13,049 nucleotides of DNA, taken from NCBI GenBank assembly GCA_043718025.1, contig JAYSWN010000059.1, positions 1 to 13,049 of the forward strand, read 5' to 3'. The notes beneath the pieces are model-generated. The model made no database searches. It had not been told where the DNA came from and worked only from the letters and a program-made list of their open reading frames with translations. Below are positions 7,538 through 13,049 of this stretch, one piece after another. The position numbers and the translations under genes were made by a program. The DNA comes from Pseudomonadota bacterium. Its GTDB lineage: Bacteria; Bdellovibrionota; FAC87; UBA2466. Within the stretch, counting starts at the first letter, position 1, and every line of letters starts with the position of its first letter.

Positions 7538-7931
7538 ACCATCCCAGTTAACCGATTATGCAAATGCATCTACGCAGCATCCTATCGAGCGTTTGGTGCG
7601 ACTAACGCTTCGGTGAAACTTCAAATGTGTCGCCACTTGCGTAAACTCCTGCAGGATACTCTTCGAATAAGAATTGCATAATAATGTCACAGGGCAGCGC
7701 TGTAATTGTGAAGGAATTGTGAAGCCTTAAGTATTCTCGTTGAATCGAATTACTTTTTGCGAATGAGGGGCATCGTTGGTCCTGCCTATCCATAACAAGC
7801 TCTAACTCGCAAATGGTTCGGTATCATTTATTAAGAGGCCCGAGTTTCCTCATAATTTACACATAATTCGTTGATATCATTTACCTAGATTTTTCAGCCT
7901 TCTAGGATCAATTTTCAGGAGCCTTCCTTCC

Positions 7932-9419
7932 ATGCGAACCTCTACAAGTTTAATTTGGGTCCTTCCTCTGTTCTTATTTTGCCATTGTAACTCGAACACT
8001 CTACCCACAAATTTAGATTCCATTGCGGACGAGATTTGCGGAGTGGCGACCGCCAAGTCCGGCAATGAAGTTCGTTCGGTGGGTTGCGAGACTCAAGTCG
8101 CTACCGCGGTGCGCGCTTCGCATGACCAGGGCAAGCATAAGCTGAAAATTTTTCCGATTGCGGGAGAAGCGGGATTTCTAACGATCCGAGCGATGCCTTT
8201 GCCGTCGAACAAAGGAGTGGTGCTGATTGGCATGCTAGAATCAGCACTTCACCGTCATTTCATGGTGGTAGTGAACGCTAAGGGAGAACCCGAAAACGGT
8301 CGAATGGTTGAAATTGGGCCGCCCGCTTGTAGACTTGATGGGATTACGAGCCCTACCCGGTACCTCTCTTCGGATGCCTACGCGGTAGATTCTCAAGGGC
8401 GGGTACTTCGCTACTGCACGGTCAAGAATACCTCCGCAGGCACCGTCCAAGAACTTCATGCGAGCCGGTACTATACGGACGGCACCGTAGATTCTAGTTT
8501 TGCTCCCCCTCCGGGACAGGAATACATGACCACCCTGCCGGCGAGCGCCGAGCTAGTCGACGCGTCCATCGACAGCAACGGCCGACACGTCTTAGGTATG
8601 ACCGATAGAATCGTGCGTATGAACCCAGATGGTTTAGTGGATTCGTTCGGAAGGGTCTGGGACACCAACGTAATCAAATTTAACAGGTTGTCTCTGTTTC
8701 CCTCGGGACAATTTCTCGGCTTGGCCGGCATCGCTTTTGGCCCGTCGAAAGGCGCATTCTCGCTGACTCGCTTAAACTCGGATACTTCACTCGATACCGA
8801 TTTCGGTAGCACCGCTCTTTATTCCGACTTTGGTGCGCAGCCCGGATACTTTCCTTACATGGAATGGAATCAAACCAGCTTTATCACCGCACCCAATTCC
8901 GACCGATTTCTTCACGTTCTTTCGGATGGTCGAATTCTGTTTCAGTCGTATTGGCCCCTCGGGGCTCGCGTAAACGCCACTCTGGGTACCGATCGAGTCC
9001 ATTTGATTATGCTGAAACCTAATGGGAAGCTCGACGACTCTTTTGGAGTAGGCGGCACTTTGGTATTGGACCGCGAGGAAGAAAGAAACCGATTCAATGC
9101 AACCGTAACCAATATCAAGTCCGTACTGGAGCTAAAGAACGGAGACTTACTTCTTGCTCTAGAGGGCTCATTGAAGGACGGTACGGGAAGTTGCAACAAC
9201 CCAGAACACCCTGCCTGGACTTGGACGGACAATGACCTGATGTTTCTTAGAGTTAGTTCTTCGGGGGCTTACGATAAAGCTGCGAAGAACGGAGGAATTA
9301 TCACGATCGATCTCGGTGGAAACGATCAAATGGTAGAAGTATTCCAAATGACCAATCGGAAAATTCTGGCCGTCGGGCGCTCCAATTCCTTTGGCTCCTG
9401 TCCGCCTCCGGGAAAATGA
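7932..9419 (+). CDS. Secreted (possibly lipoprotein) delta-60 repeat / DUF5122-type beta-propeller protein
   Basis: AGGAG at 7917-7921 upstream of the ATG. Hydrophobic N-terminus ending FCHC. Repeats RYYTDGTVDSSF, RMNPDGLVDSFG, RLNSDTSLDTDFG, MLKPNGKLDDSFGVGG and RVSSSGAYD, with DGRIL and KILAVG strands. Confidence 0.85.
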   Translation: MRTSTSLIWVLPLFLFCHCNSNTLPTNLDSIADEICGVATAKSGNEVRSVGCETQVATAVRASHDQGKHKLKIFPIAGEAGFLTIRAMPLPSNKGVVLIGMLESALHRHFMVVVNAKGEPENGRMVEIGPPACRLDGITSPTRYLSSDAYAVDSQGRVLRYCTVKNTSAGTVQELHASRYYTDGTVDSSFAPPPGQEYMTTLPASAELVDASIDSNGRHVLGMTDRIVRMNPDGLVDSFGRVWDTNVIKFNRLSLFPSGQFLGLAGIAFGPSKGAFSLTRLNSDTSLDTDFGSTALYSDFGAQPGYFPYMEWNQTSFITAPNSDRFLHVLSDGRILFQSYWPLGARVNATLGTDRVHLIMLKPNGKLDDSFGVGGTLVLDREEERNRFNATVTNIKSVLELKNGDLLLALEGSLKDGTGSCNNPEHPAWTWTDNDLMFLRVSSSGAYDKAAKNGGIITIDLGGNDQMVEVFQMTNRKILAVGRSNSFGSCPPPGK

Positions 9420-9513
9420 ATTGGAAGCACTTACGCCGTCCAAAGGTCACCGCGACCAGTTGGCCTGGTGACAACGAAAAAAAAGACACACCCATAACCT
9501 CACGTGCAACGGT

Positions 9514-10761
9514 TCAATGATTCAAGGTAAAGGCCTGCACGAAGCCTCGCCTACGGTCACACAATTTTCCGCCTTTTCCGCAGACATAAGTTCCATCCGA
9601 TGGGACAAAGAGGCTTCCCTCCACATATACCTGACCATTTGGCGCCAAATGTAGCGCCTTCACCTCAGTCTTCTGCGCTTTTGGAAATTCAATGCGTCCC
9701 GAATCAATCAGATCGCCATCTAGAGAATAACGAAACAAACCCGTCCTATTGAGAAGCACGACTTGTTCGACTTGGCCAGTAAGCTTCGTAGACAATGGTT
9801 GCACCTTTGGAAGAAGATTGAGTTGTCCTTCGAAAATGCAGTGCGAAGCTCCGCTAAATGTTTTCGCAAGCGAGCCTACAGCGCTATATGAGGCCACACC
9901 GCAAACCGCAGGGTTCTCCAGAGAAAAAGTCATAAGGATGCCCCCGGCAGATGTACTCGAAAGCGAATTCCAAACGGGCCGAGACCCAAGATCGATTCTT
10001 TTCTGCCACTTCAACGTTCCGTCTTTAGACGCGCGGTTTAAGTGGGAGCTTCCGTCTACTCTATTTTGCATTACGTAAACGAGATCACCGTCGTCCATTG
10101 TAGCTGTCGACTCGAGCACAAGGTCTTTATCAAAGGATTGCTGGACGAGTTCTTTCCCATCTGTCCCCGAAATACGAAGCAACTGAGTTCCACCATTGGG
10201 AAGGGAGGAGAATACAAATAAATTGTCCGTCTTTTCATTTTGAACCACGACAAGTTTATGGGGAAACTCGCGTTTCCAAAGAAGCCTTCCGCTTTCGCTA
10301 AACCGGCAGAGGTTTTTTCGGACGAAGCCATTGCTGGCGACAACATAGAAACTAAGATTCGGCCCCCGTTGGCTATACTCACTGTAGGTCCCGCATACGT
10401 TAATCAAAACCCGTTTAGAGATCTCGCCTTCACGATTAAAGAAATTGTAAAAGTACTCGCTCGACCTTTCGTCGAACGACACCGCAAAAGCATTTCCTTC
10501 TTCATGAACCTGTAGGGAAAAGGTGGTCTCCGCTAGCTGCCGCTTCCAAAGCGGCAATCCCTCGGGAGAAAATTTACGGAGCAGGTTGTCTTTAAAAAGA
10601 ACGTAACTATTACTCCGATTGTCGACACCAAATTCGAATGAGCCCAGGACAGAAGGCGCCGGCGCGATCTTTCGCCAAGCAGAGACCAGTTCTCCGGAAT
10701 AAGATGACCGCCCTCCAAATAGAACGAAAAAAAGAAACAGAATGCTCAGCGCGTTTTTCAT
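9514..10761 (-). CDS. Secreted beta-propeller protein with PQQ-like Trp-docking repeats (415 aa)
   Basis: Start reassigned to ATG 10761 (AGGAG 7 nt upstream, signal peptide MKNALSILFLFFVLFGGRSSYS). Repeats KFSPEGLPLWKR, RFSESGRLLWKR, ASKDGTLKWQKR and RYSLDGDLI. Confidence 0.78.
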   Translation of the reverse strand: MKNALSILFLFFVLFGGRSSYSGELVSAWRKIAPAPSVLGSFEFGVDNRSNSYVLFKDNLLRKFSPEGLPLWKRQLAETTFSLQVHEEGNAFAVSFDERSSEYFYNFFNREGEISKRVLINVCGTYSEYSQRGPNLSFYVVASNGFVRKNLCRFSESGRLLWKREFPHKLVVVQNEKTDNLFVFSSLPNGGTQLLRISGTDGKELVQQSFDKDLVLESTATMDDGDLVYVMQNRVDGSSHLNRASKDGTLKWQKRIDLGSRPVWNSLSSTSAGGILMTFSLENPAVCGVASYSAVGSLAKTFSGASHCIFEGQLNLLPKVQPLSTKLTGQVEQVVLLNRTGLFRYSLDGDLIDSGRIEFPKAQKTEVKALHLAPNGQVYVEGSLFVPSDGTYVCGKGGKLCDRRRGFVQAFTLNH

Positions 10762-10966
10762 GGCGTCTCTCCTAAGTTGGGTCCGCAAGGACCCGACGGT
10801 GCCAATCATCAAATATCGTAAGCTTGGTCGCGGTAGCAAGTCTCCATGCGAGAGATCCGTAAAGAGAGGTTCACGGACCTTAAACCGCGTCAGACGGCAT
10901 TTCGGGGCACTTATTACCCGTAACTAGATTTATCGCTATTGGGCTCCTGACTGAAAATGCCCGTTA

Positions 10967-11110
10967 ATGCTGCCTATCCTTTGGATAGCCGAAGGCGTAT
11001 TGGGACAGGTGAAAGGTAAATTCCAAAAAGGCTACGGCGACCTGAAAGAGACCGTAAAGAAGAAGGTCGACTCGATGCTCGACGATAAGAAAAAAGGGAA
11101 TGCCGCTTAA
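10967..11110 (+). pseudogene. CsbD/YjbJ-like fragment (47 codons, apparently lacking the N-terminal half)
   Basis: Hand translation: MLPILWIAEGVLGQVKGKFQKGYGDLKETVKKKVDSMLDDKKKGNAA*. AEGxxxQVKGKxQKGYGDLKE resembles the second half of CsbD proteins. An in-frame TGA at 10952 prevents upstream extension. Below the ORF-track size cut-off. Confidence 0.55.
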
Positions 11111-11162
11111 CTGCGTTTGAGGTTATGGTCGCCCTACCGGGCGCCCGCAAAGGCAAAGTTGT

Positions 11163-11208
11163 CGGGGGCAGGCGTCCGTTGCCGCGACGTATTCCCCCGC
11201 TTTTTTTT
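11163..11208 (+). terminator. Probable intrinsic terminator downstream of the csbD-like ORF
   Basis: CGGGGG (11163-11168) pairs with CCCCCG (11194-11199), with an inner stem GCGTC/GACGT, followed by T8 at 11201-11208. Confidence 0.65.
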
Positions 11209-11226
11209 GAAGGGCAACGAAAGCAG

Positions 11227-12339
11227 ATGATCGTTCCAACAAACGCACCGCCTCTGACCCCCCAAAACAGGATAACCCTTCGGGTTTTCGTCCTGCTCTT
11301 ACTCTTGCTCTTTCTGGGTACGACCAAAATGGTGGCGCCCTACCTCCTGGCCGTGCTGATGGGGACTATTTTATCGGTCCTATTTCGCAGCCCTTACCAC
11401 TACTTGAAGAACAGGACCGGACGCCCCAAACTGGCCTCCTCCTTAGTCACTGCGGGAATCTGCTTAGTCATCATCGTTCCTGTATTTTTGTTTGCCTTGC
11501 TCGCCGTCGAACAAGGTATCGAACTGGCTAAATCATTACAAAAACACCAGGACTTAAGTCTTCAGGGGATTTCAGAGCGCCTTACTCTGTGGAAACCACT
11601 CAACACGATTCTGGGAAACGCGACCGCGATTGAACAGCAGTTAAAGACCGGAGTGAAACAGCTCGCGTCCGCAGCTCCTGGGGCCCTCTTCGCCCTTTTT
11701 GGCGGGCTGCCCGAATTTGTGCTTCAGCTCGTGCTCGGCTTAGCCAGCTGCTATTTCCTACTCGTGGATAGCGGTCGCTTCCTGCTATGGCTTCGAGACA
11801 AAATCCCGTTGGATCCCGAGGTTCGCGGAACTATTTTTAACACCTTTAAAGATACGTCCGTATCGACGATTGTCGCTACTGTCTCCGCCGCCGGCGTACA
11901 GACGCTCATCATCGTATTGGGCTTTCTAATTCTGGGAGTCCCGGTGCCCTTCCTAGCCGGAGGGCTCACCTTCGTACTCGCGTGGGTTCCGATTATAGGA
12001 AGTACCCCCGTTTGGGCGGGGGCGGCGATCTACCTTTTCGCCAACGGTCACACTACTTCCGGCTTCCTGATGCTGGGTATCGGGGTCCTTACGGGAATAT
12101 CCGATAATATCGTTCATCCCATGGTGCTGAAGGGGCGCGGCCAAATGCACCCCTTAGTGGCGCTGGTGGCGATCTTCGGGGGGATTTCGATGTTTGGAGT
12201 CTTTGGTGTGTTCATCGGCCCCATCATCGCTTCCTTGCTCATTTCGATGATGAATGTGTGGCCCATGGTGGCCGAACGCTACCAGGTCATTAATACATCA
12301 AGCTCCACTCTAAAAACGTCGTCAGAGATCGTGCAGTAG
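11227..12339 (+). CDS. AI-2E family transporter (PerM/YdiK/TqsA-like)
   Basis: Multi-TM protein with family motifs LAWVPIIGSTPVW, GISDNIVHPMVL, MHPLVALVAIFGG and FGVFGVFIGPII. ATG 11227 (370 aa) is preferred over 11125 because the upstream extension runs through the terminator hairpin. Confidence 0.92.
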   Translation: MIVPTNAPPLTPQNRITLRVFVLLLLLLFLGTTKMVAPYLLAVLMGTILSVLFRSPYHYLKNRTGRPKLASSLVTAGICLVIIVPVFLFALLAVEQGIELAKSLQKHQDLSLQGISERLTLWKPLNTILGNATAIEQQLKTGVKQLASAAPGALFALFGGLPEFVLQLVLGLASCYFLLVDSGRFLLWLRDKIPLDPEVRGTIFNTFKDTSVSTIVATVSAAGVQTLIIVLGFLILGVPVPFLAGGLTFVLAWVPIIGSTPVWAGAAIYLFANGHTTSGFLMLGIGVLTGISDNIVHPMVLKGRGQMHPLVALVAIFGGISMFGVFGVFIGPIIASLLISMMNVWPMVAERYQVINTSSSTLKTSSEIVQ

Positions 12340-12432
12340 CGTCGAAGGGATCCTCCAGGTGATGGTCAGCGATGCTGACTCAGGAAAGCCAAACCTAGTT
12401 AACTAATTGCGTTCACAAGAATTTTCTAAGAA

Positions 12433-12480
12433 TGGGCCCACGGTGACTTGAACACCGAACCCCCAGATTAGAAATCTGGT
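12433..12480 (-). pseudogene. 3' fragment of tRNA-Arg(TCT); probable att junction of an integrated element
   Basis: Minus strand reads A-CCAGA-TTTCTAA-TCTGG (anticodon arm, TCT), GGGTT (variable loop), CGGTG-TTCAAGT-CACCG (T arm), TGGGCCC-A (3' acceptor strand and discriminator). No D arm or 5' acceptor strand upstream (sequence there is ...TTTATCGTTTTTGCGTTT). Confidence 0.88.
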
Positions 12481-12594
12481 AAACGCAAAAACGATAAAGC
12501 GTGAATTTCTCACACTTTACGAACAATAACCGGGAGTTGTCCTTCGCTCGGGTTACTGTCGCTGACGTTTCAGAACGGGTGTTTTCGGTGGGTG

Positions 12595-12614
12595 ATGTCC
12601 CACAAATGTCCCAC
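12595..12614. repeat. Tandem 9-bp direct repeat ATGTCCCAC; candidate integrase arm-type sites
   Basis: ATGTCCCAC at 12595-12603 and 12606-12614 (11-bp period), ~115 bp from the tRNA fragment on the predicted element side. Confidence 0.55.
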
Positions 12615-12713
12615 GGACTTGGGGACCGCAAAATCCTACGTCCCATACTAAGTCATAAGACCCAGAAGAAGATTCAAAGACTCGATATGGAACTCATTCG
12701 ACAAAAGAAACGG

Positions 12714-13049
12714 CTAAATACGCTCAAGAAAAGCGTCTGCATTAGCAAACAGCTTTCTCTTGCGCGCTGGGTCCATCTTCGCAAGGGCCTTAGGCATTAT
12801 GGATAGGCGCGGATTTTTGGCAAAAAAACTTTCGTGCTTGGCGATGAATCGCCAATACAAGCCATCGAGAGTGTCGCACCAGTCGCCCTTGGGAAAGTCG
12901 CCCATTTTGAGTAGATAATTTGAGCCACACAGGTAGGGCTTGGTGGCAAAAATGCCTCCGTCGCTAAACAGCGCCATGCCGTAAACGTTTGGCCCCATTA
13001 CCCAATCGGAGGAATCGATAAACAGCTCCATAAACCAACGATGGGCCTC
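12714..13049 (-). CDS. Cryptochrome/photolyase family protein, PhrB/CryB-like bacterial (6-4) photolyase class, C-terminal part (5' end outside window)
   Basis: Frame is open to the window edge: EAHRWFMELFIDSSDWVMGPNVYGMALFSDGGIFATKPYLCGSNYLLKM...LYWRFI...NPRL. This matches the HRW...WVxxPNVxGMxxFxDGG..TKPY...NY..KM..LYW pattern of this class. Confidence 0.9.
   Translation of the reverse strand, partial: EAHRWFMELFIDSSDWVMGPNVYGMALFSDGGIFATKPYLCGSNYLLKMGDFPKGDWCDTLDGLYWRFIAKHESFFAKNPRLSIMPKALAKMDPARKRKLFANADAFLERI

Noticed and set aside
7602..7793. 63-aa minus-strand ORF in the AT-rich gap
   Set aside because: No recognisable motif or clear RBS. Could be a remnant but cannot be supported.
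5890..7810. Integron attC sites near TAAC motifs (around 5899, 7603, 7803)
   Set aside because: No matching RYYYAAC...GTTRRRY pairs with internal dyads, and gene orientations are mixed.
11111..11200. c-di-GMP-I riboswitch suggested by CGCAAAG and GGCAAA
   Set aside because: Motifs are in the wrong order and there is no GNRA-capped P2 stem.
12433..12510. Complete functional tRNA-Arg
   Set aside because: No D arm, no 5' acceptor strand, and no encoded CCA. Reported as a fragment instead.
12413..12806. ORFs 12413..12646 (-) and 12501..12806 (+)
   Set aside because: They overlap the tRNA fragment, the arm-like repeats or the photolyase 3' end, and show no protein-family signal.

Overview
Bacterial accessory region rich in secreted and surface proteins. 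The gene content suggests Bdellovibrionota or a related deltaproteobacterial lineage, but this is inference only. From left to right: (1) a ~255-bp non-coding element with 14-bp perfect terminal inverted repeats and a nested rod-like internal fold (MITE or structured RNA); (2) a 43-bp sequence that recurs ~7.2 kb downstream; (3) a 1598-aa lipoprotein subtilase carrying Ig-like, Pro/Thr linker, FN3-like, delta-60 and RCC1/BLIP-II modules; (4) a small secreted hypothetical protein; (5) a minus-strand two-gene operon encoding a monoheme lipoprotein cytochrome c and a Cyc2-like cytochrome-porin fusion; (6) a second delta-60 repeat protein; (7) a secreted PQQ-like beta-propeller; (8) a CsbD-like fragment not in the ORF track, followed by a terminator; (9) an AI-2E family transporter; (10) an orphan 3' half of tRNA-Arg(TCT) with nearby tandem 9-bp repeats, consistent with the att junction of an integrated element extending to the right; (11) the 3' end of a PhrB-like (6-4) photolyase lacking the Fe-S cysteine loop. 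All calls come from reading motifs by eye; no database searches were run.
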